Part shown: piece after piece, positions 11,240-23,708 of the stretch
How the letters are laid out: every line of letters begins with the position of its first letter
How positions within the stretch are numbered: position 1 is the first letter of the stretch
Translations under genes and position numbers: made by a program
Notes under the pieces: generated by a model
Database searches by the model: none
What the model was told of the DNA's origin: nothing
Seen by the model: only the letters and a program-made list of their open reading frames with translations
Assembly (NCBI RefSeq): GCF_963676685.1
Contig: NC_092350.1
Location: 57,226,001 to 57,290,000 of the forward strand
Reading direction: 5' to 3'
From: Mytilus edulis
Lineage: Eukaryota
Length of the DNA: 64,000 bases

Positions 11240-13732
11240 TTAATCCTTCCTTACGCATTTCTTGTAGGAACAGGTATATCCTTCACAGCAGTCGTTTTTT
11301 CTTTGACATGTCATTCCTCTGCATGACTTGCAGTTTCCGTAAACGCACTTTGAATCTGTACAGCAGTCACGTGTCTTTTTGCATGTTCTTGGGAGACAGG
11401 ACTTGCAGTTTCCGTAAACACAGCTAGAATCATCACAGCAATCACGGGTCTGTTTGCATTTCCTAGGGTTACATGCCTTGCAGTTTCCGTAAACGCAAGT
11501 AGAACTAGAACAACATTTACGATACCGGCAACTTTGTCCATCATTCACACATGGTGGTGTAGGTTTACTTCTTTTCACAAGACTGAAAGAAGATAAGTGT
11601 GAAGGAGCAATCAGTTTATTTCAATGGGGGTATGTTATTTCTGAGTCATAGATGATTTTTCGCAAACACTTTTATTTAGTTATTCGACGCTATCAATTAA
11701 ATTATTTAAGTGAAATCTGGACTGAGAGTATTTGTTTGTACCAAATCAGGGGGGGGGTTTTTAAGAAAGAAATCCTTAACCCCAGTCCCCTTTCTTCTCA
11801 CGTGAGTTCACTTGTCGTTTCCAAGGAAAGTGTTCAAGAAAATATATATATTATTATAAAAGTTGTTCTCGGAGCGATTTACATACATTTAATCTTTGAC
11901 TAAAATAACTTAAAGTAAGAAAGAAACATCTTACCAGCAATTTATCACGTTCGATAATGCCAACAATAATAACAGCTATTATAGATATAGATTTTTTCTA
12001 ACAATTACTTTAAGTCTTACTTCTAGGCTTATACCTTGTATTTAAGGAGGTAGACTAGATTAAGAGAAATAACTCTTAAAATCATCAGTACGTTTGTTTC
12101 AACCATTTTCATAAATATATTCTAAGCTTCTATATTACATAGATTATTTTCAATCTGTTTCAGTTAAATGCTTAAAATATGTTGATGAAACTTGACTTTT
12201 ACAAACACATTACTGATGTAAAGAGTTATCTCCCTGAACCAAGGTCTACCACCTTAACCAGTTATGTCACAAAGTGTTCTTTTTTATTTCAAATATAGAA
12301 CACACATCAGGGTACATATATCGTGTATATAATCATGATAATTAACTATGCATTTTGTCTGTAAATTTATGGAGCATTACTACTTTACATATCCGTTTTT
12401 CTTTGTGAGAATTCATTAAATATAAGCCTGATGTTGATGAGTTTCTTACAAGAATAACATTACTCCCGAAAATAAAACGGTGCTAAATTTCGAAATATAC
12501 GAATGTAATAACCTGTAATGCATATTCAGTTGATGACTCATCTATTAAATTATTTGCCTCAATTTTGTTGCCTAAATTAATCGAACGATTTCGTTTTGCT
12601 TCTTGGCTTCGAATATCGTAGTGTCTCTTTTTTTTTAAACATTAAATGTAATCTTGGATTGTAAAAAAGCAGAACACAATTGGTCTATTTCTTTTCACAA
12701 ATCTGAAAATTGTCAGACAAATCATCAATGAATAAATTGAAAAAAAAAATATAAGAAGCTGTTGTTCATGTATGTTTGCAAAAACACTTTTCCACAGACA
12801 CTAGTTAACGTACCGATTAACAGATAAAATGCAATTTATGGCCAGCAACAATGAGTAAAAATTGGATTTGTTGTTATAGTTGTGGTGATTTAATTCATTA
12901 TATGCATAATTTTGAAAACCGAAAATTTGTTTTTAATCTGATCAATTTTTCAACTAAGTTCTTAAGGGAAGATAATTCTATTAGAATAAAATGGTGATAA
13001 AACTTATATTTTCTACTTGAAATAAGGCACAATTTTTAATTTTAATTTTCTTAAATTATTTCATAAAACCAATATATTTATAGTTTGTTTCCAATTATGT
13101 AGTAACTTGACTCTTCTGATCTCTAACTCTTTAAAATTTAAACACACAAGGGAGATCGTAGTTGAAACTTCTAACTTACTTGTGGGCCAGCTCATTCTCT
13201 TCCATCATTTCGTCATTAGCCATGTTGACTGTAAGTAAAGTAATTAAAAAATTTTAGTATCGTGATTATGATCGCTTTTAAAACTAATATCAGAAGATCG
13301 TGAAAGCTGACATACTCTTCGCTGTTATGAAATGATTTCTTTAGTAAGAAATCTTAATTGATGAAACAACTTTTACGGTTCTTCACTATTGAAATAACGA
13401 TTCGGGGACAAACAAGTGAATACACGTATATCGGAGAAAGAAAAAAAATACAAGAACTGTTCATAACATAGAACAGTAGTAAAATATCAAATAAAAGACA
13501 AAATGTGATGTCCTCTTCAAATGACAAGTAAATGTTTCAAATGTCACACAGCTACTTAAAATATCATACATACACGTATACACATCGCTATAATTGTGTT
13601 TCGGAGTTAATAATTTGAATGTTTAGAAGATAACACTTTTTTTACAAGTTATCAAATACAAAACGTGCTTATTTGTTTACCTCCAACAAACACCAACAAC
13701 AAACTTGCGACTAAACAAATAGAAACCTTCAT
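11240..13732 (-). CDS. CRP-I: CRP-I-type four-module cysteine-rich peptide precursor, locus B (147 aa, intact)
   Basis: Exons 13732-13681 (MKVSICLVASLLLVFVG), 13228-13180 (VNMANDEMMEENELAH) and 11582-11240 (NLVKR|SKPTPPCVNDGQSCRYRKCCSSSTCVYGNC...CSYKKCVRKD*). Canonical GT/AG, 444 nt total, 24 Cys in four C-C-CC-C-C modules, AATAAA near 11161-11156. Confidence 0.93.
12042..12257. mobile_element. TTAA-flanked MITE in intron 3 of locus B
   Basis: TTAA-GGAGGTAGAC ... GTCTACCACC-TTAA terminal inverted repeats. Confidence 0.65.
12483..12702 (-). other. Candidate alternative or vestigial terminal exon inside intron 3 of locus B
   Basis: TTTTCAG|A TTT GTG AAA AGA AAT AGA CCA mirrors the true exon start TTTCAG|T CTT GTG AAA AGA AGT AAA CCT, in the same phase. 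It encodes FVKR-NRPIVFCFFTIQDYI* (TAA 12644-12642), and the frame then stays open to TAG at 12485-12483. Confidence 0.5.
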
Positions 13733-14940
13733 TCTTCTTTTTTATCTTCTCTGCAAGATACTACAAAAATAAATTACGTAGTTATCATTTATTTATCTTG
13801 TATGGTAATAATTCGTTATAAAGAAAATGATATCGCAATTTTTGAAAGAAAAAAAAATGATGATTTTGAACAAGCTGTCTGCTTTGATTATGGTTATTTC
13901 ACTTTTTTAGACAGTTGTTTTAAATCTTTACTGGCATATAATACATGCTGTGTAAAGCTGAATATCTCAAACATGTCAATCGAGTAGATATTGACATGTA
14001 CTATAAATTAAAGCAAACTTCAAAACGAGTCATAATGTTCTCTTTTAATCCAGCATTTCATATATGCCACGAAAAACTTTGCAGGTGAATCAGTTTGTAT
14101 GATACAGGTATATTATGTGTGCCTGTATTTAAAATCAGATAAAATTAAAACTTCTATAAACTACATTTCAATGAAGCTAAATGAACTTGAAATGTGTCTT
14201 TGGTTCAATACACTTTTCATTCGTCATGGTTTTTTTTTATATTTGCATATTTATTGTTTACTACAATAATAAATTTGCTTCCATATACATCGGACAATTT
14301 CATGTGAAGATCCGCACAATTTCTACACGTATTTAACAATTTATACTTTAGTGTCTCTAAGTATCTTTGATTTGGATATTCGTATCGAAATTTACATCAG
14401 AAGAGCTTTTAAAAGATTATAAAGTATTATTTAGATATTAAATAATACACTAATCGGATATTTATTCATACACGAGTTTACAGTAATACAAAATAACATG
14501 AACAAAAACGGCAAAATCGTTGACACTTAAAAACATGCATTTCCATATTTCGAAATATTCAATAACTCATGTTTACTGTTAGAATGGTCGTGACAACCCA
14601 TGTTACGTGCAACTACGAATATATATCTCAGGTACATATTTACACTGTAACATGTTTCTAGCAATAACATTTTTGGTCTGAAACGGTCACACGATCTAGA
14701 TAGTCTGAACAACAATATATTTAATGCAAACAAATTTGTCTGAACCGAACTGAATTTGGAGCATTGAAGAAGTTTGAAAATTAACTAAAAAAAGATTAAA
14801 ATGACTCTTCCCTTCTTTATAGAGTTGTTCATGTCAAATGACTGTTGAAGATCAAACTTGGTTTACATGTGTAATCACTTTAATCAAACAAACTATCAAA
14901 CTATTCCTTTAATTGATTTACTGATAATGGATAAAAATGT

Positions 14941-15018
14941 ACTTACATGAGCAAATGCAACTATTACTGTATTGTAGATGTCTGACTATTTACCTTTTTA
15001 ATAATTCAAGCTTTTATA
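14941..15018 (-). promoter_or_regulatory. TATA box and non-coding exon 1 of locus B
   Basis: TATAAAA 15018-15012 in the context GTCAAAATCGGGTATAAAAGC; donor GTAAGT 14946-14941. Confidence 0.72.
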
Positions 15019-16715
15019 CCCGATTTTGACGCTGACGACGTTATACATCCGATGAAATATAGTTTTTTTTACAAGCATCCTATGGTGTAATTGTACTTCC
15101 TTTCACGGCTATTAATTAAATTGCTTCAAAAATTTTAAGGTCCTCGCAGACTAATACAAAAAATGTGATTGCGACAATGATATATTACGTTGTTTAAATT
15201 TATATAAAGTTGAGGTAAACCCCCTCACATTGAAAAAAAAAACAATGTCATCCAGTGATACTATTTGTCTTGGATGTTAAATTGAATGCATTAGAGCCTG
15301 TTATTAAATGATACGAGCAGATCAGCCCTAATACGTATAAAACAGCATGCACAATACTAATAGGCCTGTCGATATAATATTGCTTTTTGGGCAGGGCCAA
15401 TACAGGGTTAATACGAAAAAAGCTGCATAGACCCTGTTATAAATTGTTATAAATTGTCGATCAGCTGTTTTGGCTCTCTCGGGTCCAATACAGCTTACCT
15501 CGAATATATAACAGAGCCAATACAGAAGCAGCCAGTTAATAACACTATAGTATTTGTTTACTATCTGTGGGTAATATGGTTGTATATATTAAGTATCGGA
15601 TTTTGACGAATGCGACGAAAGTTAAGCTTCAAAAGCTAATACAAAGATAATAATTAGGACAGAAAGAGTCTTTGTTAAAATACATTTGTTCGAAAAAAAA
15701 TATTGAATATAACTTTCATAAGGATAATTTACTATTGTTATGATTTTTGTTTTATTTTGGTGAATCAAATACTTACAAAAAATATATGGAGCTATTTCTA
15801 AATTGATTTTTCTTCTCTTTTTTTTTTGACAAACCACTGGAAACTGCTCACGTTTCAAAACAGGGATAAAACAGTAATTCGGTAAATAAAAGATAAACAT
15901 AATAGAAAAAAATCAACTACATCGATTGGAAAACGGATTATGTTAATCATCTTTGTTTTTACGATGGTTATACTAATGAAAGCTGTCAAAAAACTTAGCA
16001 CCGATGATCATCTTAACGCATCTGCCGACATACAGTTAATTATAGGATCCCACTGTGTTGTTGGAAGTCCTTCACACGACTGACACATTATTGTGTTCTC
16101 TTAATCAATTTTAACAGGTAAACTTCCTTCTTTATATATCATTGGTTGTTTGCAACATGTAATTTAATTGTTTAATTGTTTACTGTGTAAAGCATGTCCA
16201 AAGATTATTAATAGCTGCAAAAATATTTAATTGTTCATGGATGTAACAACATCGCTCTACTTATTTTTGTTTTGAATAGGTACGACTGGAAATCCCCAAG
16301 TGATATTTATAGTAATGTGTGTTATCAAAATGTATCAGACAGGTCGTATTCGGTTTATGACTTGTAAAAAGTAGACAAGCATGGTATGAAAATTTTATAG
16401 TACAATGTGTGAATTATTAAATGAACTGTCAGCTTCGGTAAAACCCTCTCATAGGAAAACATCTTTTATCGAATAACATTATTCAGCAAATAACATAATG
16501 CTTAAAAATTTAATTTTCAACTTAAAAAATATGCGTTTGTAAAAATATGTGGGTCTTTTTTTTTGTTAATAGTGGTCTATGGTAGTTGTTTTAGAATAGC
16601 TTAAACATGTAATATCGACCTGGTTTTGGTAAAATATAATTTTGTAAAATATGGTCATTGCAATAAGCAAAGATATATTAACCAAAGTCGAGGTAATGGC
16701 GGACTCTTCTAACGC

Positions 16716-17420
16716 ATGTCAATGCAAAAATATATAAATGATGCTCTAACATTAAATAATTCAAAATTTTGTGACTATTTCGAACACATCTGTCCCATCA
16801 AACTAGAGATAAAGGATAAAACATATAAAGTTAAGTCTGCCTCATATCTTAACTTACATCTAGATATTGACAATGAGGGTCGGTTGGAAACAAAACTTTC
16901 AGCTTCCCAATTGTGATTTTTCCATTTCTATGGAACAATATTCCTGTAGCGCCTCCATACGGAGTATATATCTTCCAACTGATACGTTACTCTCGGGCTT
17001 GTATTTTCTGTCATGATTTCCTTGATAGAGGTTTGCTGCTTACACGGACGCTATTAAACCAAGAGTTCCAAAAGGTGAAGTTTTAATCATTTTTTCGTAA
17101 ATTTTGCGGACACCATCACGAGTTGGTTGACAGTTATAGAATAACCGTTTCACAGATAATATCGGATATGTTCCTTATGTCGTAACAATTTCCTACCCTT
17201 TTTCACAAATTTGACTCACCAAATTATACTATTTGCCACGTTAACAATAGCAACACAACTGAGCACCTCTGTGTGGTGGGGTTTGTGTTTCTTAGTCCTG
17301 TTATGTTATGTCTTGTGTACTGTTATTTGTCTGTTTGTCTTTTTATGTGTTGGCAATGGCGTTGTCAGTTTATTTTCGATCTATGAGTTTGACTGTCTCT
17401 TTGCTAACTTTCGCCTCTTT
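16716..17420 (+). mobile_element. Degenerate Penelope-like RT fragment running into a SINE-like 3' tail
   Basis: YINDALTLNNSKF...SASYLNLHLDIDNEGRL, then the frameshifted PYGVYI..LIRYSRAC motif. The tail matches the repeat at 29955, 49495 and 55530. Confidence 0.65.
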
Positions 17421-20093
17421 TACACAAATGTTGTGGTCAGGTCAACTAATATTTTAATTTGTATAATGAGTATGATAATGTGTATTATTATTTTTTATTT
17501 TAACTACGAATTGGTATGCTATTTATTGACTAGTTACGTCACCAAATTTATTCGATTTCAGATCCCCTTTCCTTCGTTTATTTTGCATGTTTTTATGGAC
17601 GGAAGAAAGGTTCTTGGATAGCTTGACATTTAACATGTACCGACTATATCACCCCGTATAACCCCGATACAAATGAATCCGGACGTTGACGCGTTCGAAG
17701 CGATAATCAGGACAACATTTGGTATGACATCAATTTCGAATGCCTCTCTTTAACTTATTTGAGTATATATAAATATGTCAATGTGCATGTTAGTTTATTT
17801 ATTCAATTATACAGTTGTTGTAAGTTTTAGATATTGCATAGAACGTTTGATAAAACTGCTAGATGCAAAACGCACAGACATGGTGCAATTTCATACGTTG
17901 TATGAGGTAAACAATGCTGAATATCTTTTCGTGCATACACCTTTGCATATTAATACCTTAAGCAATAATAAATAACTTTACGTTGAATTACTACGTGTCT
18001 TCAAATGTTCCCTAGAACTTAGAATAAACGCATTATCATACTAAATATATTTTCTCTTACTGTATTGTTCGTTCAATCAAATGTGTCGCGTTCGTTGTGC
18101 GTTTTTAAATAATCACTGTACAGTTCGTTGACAAAACCCGTCACAAATCACTTTCTTGTCAAGGTATTCGAGATAGTGTCGGCGACCCTTTTCTGTATTT
18201 TATTGTAAATGTTTATCTGTTAACTTAGTCAACGTAGTTAAATTTAAAATATCAGTCATCAAAAGCCAAAATTGCAATATTTAACCAGAGTGACATATGA
18301 TAGGAATGCTTCTATTGAAAATTGGGACTTTCAACGTTATTCAAGATAAAATGAACAGTTAATAAATACATTCCAGTGAAATAAAGTTTCAAAAAGTATA
18401 GTACAGTCAATAAAACTTTAATGACTTACTTTTAACAATTTGAGACTCTTCCAAATGCCGATGTTGGTCCAAATTCGCCTAGACGAAAGCAGACATAGGA
18501 ACTCGTTGAACTTAATTTGCCGAATGCCATAGATGGCATTCCAACTGCTTTATTTTTTTTATATATATATATATAAAGCTTTGTAGATGTGATGTGGTGG
18601 CCAGTGAGACAACTTTCCACCAAAGTTTAAATGAAGTGGGTGTACAAAGCAATTATTATAGTCCAATGTGCAACATTTAACAATGAGGGAAAACCTATAC
18701 CATAAAGTTGGCTAAAAAAGTCCCCGATATAAAAAAAAAATTAAAACGATAAAACTAACAGTAATATTTTTATAACTTATGAATTATGTATTAAAGAAGA
18801 AGAAAAATGACAGATCTAAATAACCAATGTACTACAGGCTCCTGACGTTGGATCGACACAAAACAAATGCGGCGGGATTAAACACGTGAGACCCCAACCC
18901 CTCTCCTTAACCTGGGACACTGGTGTAACAGCACAACATGATAAAAAAAAACCTGTACAATTGCAATTGGCTGAACTCAAAATGTCGGTACAAGCCAGAA
19001 AAACCATATACAATATCGACAAAGGAGTAATTTTAGTAACTGATAGTTATTTCAAAGCGAACTACAACTAAGAGGTAAATCATGTATCTGAAGTATTAAT
19101 CAGTATATATCCAACGCTTTTAGGTAAAGGCGTAATAAAACGCATGGACTTGTGCAATGCCAAATATAAACAGTATCGAGAGGATGTTCGGTATTATGAG
19201 TTCTCATAATTGTGAATATATTGTAATAATGTTAAGTGATTAACCGGTACAGCATAACTTTCTATATTGTAACCAATTTGTTTTTTATTCATGAAAGAAT
19301 TTTGTAAAGGATGACTGGGAAATATACTATTAGATATGGTCACTTTGGTTTTTTTTCCGACCGGCAGTAAAACCTGACCAAAGTTGGCCACCCGTTTAGT
19401 TGTGTGGGATGTAAAAGTACGCAGTCACGTCCAGTCCGAATGGGAATATAAGATCCAATGTCTTGTTTAAAGAGAGTACTACGCTAACTACACTGTACGA
19501 ACCCCTGCAAAAACATTATGAGAGGTCCATAAATGACCTGTTGAAAGGCAACATTTGTGTCCTTATTCAATAAACCTCATTTTATCCAGTGGGAGTCCAA
19601 ACTTCCCTAACGTAATTCCGGAGGGCCTCCTTCCAGGAACTACATGTAGTATGTGTTGCTACTTCGTGCTTATCCTGAACATGCATGACATATTTGCAAG
19701 TGAACGTTAAGCAACTAACAATCAGCCATTACGTTCGCGTGTCATAAACAAATAAAAGGGTCCAGAAATTGTTCAGTAACAACTGCGAAATGTTTCATTT
19801 TTTATTGATAACTATTAAGACATGAAAGAAGAAACACAGCAAATGTCTAAGGTTAGGTTGATGATTGGTGCTTTGCTCATCTGCATAATTTACCCATGAC
19901 GCCAAGGGTAACTGGGGAATATAAATATGGTCCCTTTGGTCTTCTCCGAAATAAGTAAAAATTTGAATGAAATGCATATGGGTGGGTATAGACTTTAAGG
20001 TGCTTATAATAACCAGAATGACCAATCATTTAGATTTTGGCACCACAGTAGAAAGACTGTAATATTCGAGGAAATTAAGTATAATCTTTATAC

Positions 20094-20096
<3 letters not shown>

Positions 20097-20132
<36 letters not shown>
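20097..20132 (+). repeat. Poly(A) tract (~36 nt)
   Basis: Directly visible. Confidence 0.9.
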
Positions 20133-20134
<2 letters not shown>

Positions 20135-23100
20135 ATAATTGAAAAAGCAAACCAGTTATAATTAAGAATTATCTCTTCATCTTTATATCTTTACATAAAA
20201 GTAACTTTATTACTGTTGATGGCTATCAGTTACATGTTTATTGTATACACATATTCTTTAGCCTTTAATGTAACTCTATTGTAATATATGACCCCTAGGA
20301 CCCGCCTCAGAGATTCAGGTCAAAAGGCTTAACCTATAATCCATTGCTTGTTTTTGATTGCTGTTCATATAAAAAAAAATGTGGTATTGAAACACTCTTC
20401 GTAAGAGACAAAACAAAACAAAAATGAACAACTATAGGTCACCGTGCAGCCTTCAGCAATGAACAAAGCCCATACCGCATAGTCAGCTATAAAACACACC
20501 GAAATGACAAATGTAAAACAATTCATACGAGAAAACAACCGGCCCAATTTATTCACAAAACAGTGAACAAAAATATATATACATGTATAACCACTGAATT
20601 ACACGCTCCTAGCTTTGAACAGACACATGCAGAATATGGCGGGATTAAACATGTTAGCGGGCACCCAACCCATCACCTAACCGTACATTAAATGTCGTAT
20701 GGTAAAAACTTTCAAAAATGCTATCAAATTAGAAATCAGACGTGTGTATCTGTATGCTTAGCCATATTTGCATCTGTCGAGTTATTGTTTTTTCCTACCT
20801 TTGATAACTATTCCTACCAATTTACTCTTTCGTATGCATCAGGATTTTTTTACATGTACAAATTTCCTCCAAGAGTGTTTCGACAATATAACGGATATTA
20901 TGGGTTGCTGTCTGCATGTTATGGTGGGAAATCATTATTTTCATACATGCATATTGGTTATAATCATATCAAAGCATAATTTAATACATGCAAAATTCAT
21001 TGACAAACGCAATATTGTGTCAACGAAGCGTACAGTATAAAAAGGTGTAACGACAACGAAGAGTACACAACATGAAAATAAAGACACTTTAAAACATGTA
21101 TATTTTAGTTTCTAGATACAACATAAACAAACGATCTTTATAAGTTTGTTAATTTATACTATGAAATTTTCAAAAATGTATGTTTTAAAAACCATGAGGT
21201 ACGAGAAACATTAAGTTTTGAATATTTAAAAATACCAAGCAAGTTTTATCATTGTTATCGTCGTGCGTTTTTTTATATTTGTATATAAAATGTCACACAT
21301 TTGAAAAACCTTTTAGTAACTAATGAGTATTATGGCAAAGAATATATTGGAGCAAAATATCCGAAGAATAGATATTGGATTTTCTTTAAAGGTATTAATT
21401 CCTTACTGTCTGAACTCAATGTTACACGGTGTGCTCGGTTCGAACGCGTCAACGTCCGGTTTCATCTGTATCGGGGTTATACAGGGTGTATATATTAAAT
21501 GCATATTACACAGTTTTTTCTGCAATTATGTCACAACCTTTATACGTCCTCTACATCATAAATAATAACAACTCAAATAACCTTGACCAAATTGTTGCTT
21601 GGAGTCATTAATAATATCTTTAACATGTAAATATACATATTGTATTGTTAAAATTACCGGTTGTTGACACATATTTATATGAAACAGCAGTGTAACATTT
21701 TTTAGTAGTCTACAATACAACTTGTATCCACGGGTCGGATTGTCATTCGTAGGTCATTACACTTGGCAGGACGTAAAACTAAAAAATCATTAATGTCCAA
21801 TTATCTGTAGTATTGGATATACATTTTCTAAGTAATAAGCGTCACTATTATATATAAAAGTAGAACGAATAAGTTAGTTCGTGCCTATATACTTAGTAAA
21901 TACGAATTAACATATTAATATTCAAATAGGTATGATAAATTGTTTTTTTTTTTCATTTACAGCTACTGTATCCGAAAACATTAACACTAGTGTGTTTATC
22001 CTAATTATTTTTCTCGTTTTAAATAGCCAAGCTTGTTAAGTTATGTAATTGACACAATGTAATAGAACCTCCACATCTCTCAACTGCGTGATGGATTATT
22101 GGAAAGAATAAGCTAGTATGAGACAAATTGCATTTCTTGTTGGTCATCACCATTCCACTATGAGTCGTATTGCAAATTAACATTATGCGACAAATTATGT
22201 TAAAAAAACTACCGAGATCAGGAAGACTCCTATTACACCAGCTATATAAACCGAGACTTAGGTAAATTGGTGCGAAGAACACCCTTTGCAAACAGTACAG
22301 TCCTTTGAAATAAGTGATTGTCTTACAAGAGACTTCCAACAAGACATACTCGAAATCGAGTACATTTATTAAGTAAGTTTTTTTGTTTGAATTGTTTCCC
22401 TTTTTTATTTTCGGGGCCTTTTACTTTATTTTGTGGTATGGACTTTGTTCATCATGAAGGCCGTTCAGTGACTATTGTTATCAATTTCTGTGTCATTTTG
22501 GTCACTTGTGGAGAGTTGTCTTATTGGCAATTATGCCACATATTTTGTTTTACATTGAAGGACCTGTACGTAATATTTTAAAAAGACGAAATCTGATACA
22601 TTGAACTGCAATATTATGTCCTAAGGGCAACTAAAATTACCTTCGTGCCGAATCCCTCAATATGTGTAATTGTTGACACAAGGTCACAACATACTATGCA
22701 CGGAAGTCACTAGTAATCGCGGTGCCTCAATTACATGTTCGAGTAGTGTTAAATATTTGATGAAAACAGTTTGATTATCTTCTTTCGAAACATCGACGCT
22801 CTGATTTTTCTATCTGGATGATTTCTAAAGAGTCATTACCGTACATTTAAGAAATAACTCACGGAGGCCATAATTTATACTGATTTTGCCAAGGTAAACC
22901 ATTAATGCTAAATATTTTACCACAACCGATAGCTCCCGGAGGCTGTCTGCTTAGCTTGGAGCATAATACATTGATTTTGATATGTTGTTGAATTGATTAG
23001 AGCTTTTGGAAGATTCCGTATTTGCTGATAGTAAGGCATAACACTTAACACTTCTTCATCTTACTCGAGTCTGTTGTGTTTTAGTTGTGTTTTCTCAATT

Positions 23101-23708
23101 TTGTGTTTAGTTAATGGTTTTCATTCTTTGATATGTATGCAAGCAATGTTCTTGTTTAGCTCATTATACGATATGGAATTTGCTCCTATTCTTAGATTTT
23201 TGTGACCAACAGTTATGTATGCGCCTGTGCATATGACTCCAGTGCGTAGATTTAACATTGAAATTAAAACAGATCTCCTATTTTTAAATATTATCATTTC
23301 AAACTTTTAATGCCAACTAATTAACCTTCTTTACTATTTGTTTTGTTTTTGTCATGTTTTTTTATTATATCAAATATTTGTCATTACTCACGTCGACAAG
23401 TCCATAGTTACTTGGAGGTTTCGTACATTCGTTATTCCTTCCTCATAATTCCCTTTAATAGTGTAAACTTCCCCAAAAAACGTGTATGGTGTAATGGTTT
23501 ATGGCATATGGTGCAATGGTAGATGGTGTATGGGGCTATGGTGTAAGGGGAATGGTGTGAATACATGTAAAAACAATGAACCAAAAACTCTGAAATAATA
23601 ACACAATCTCGTTTAACCTGAATTTTATTTTATACTCAACTTACATTTTAGACGTAAGTATTTAGTAGCTGTTTATTAGGCTTCCTTATTCGTATACCTT
23701 GTACGTGT

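Noticed and set aside
23485-23560. ATGGTGT-like short repeats downstream of locus C
   Set aside because: Degenerate simple repeat with no counterpart at the other loci.
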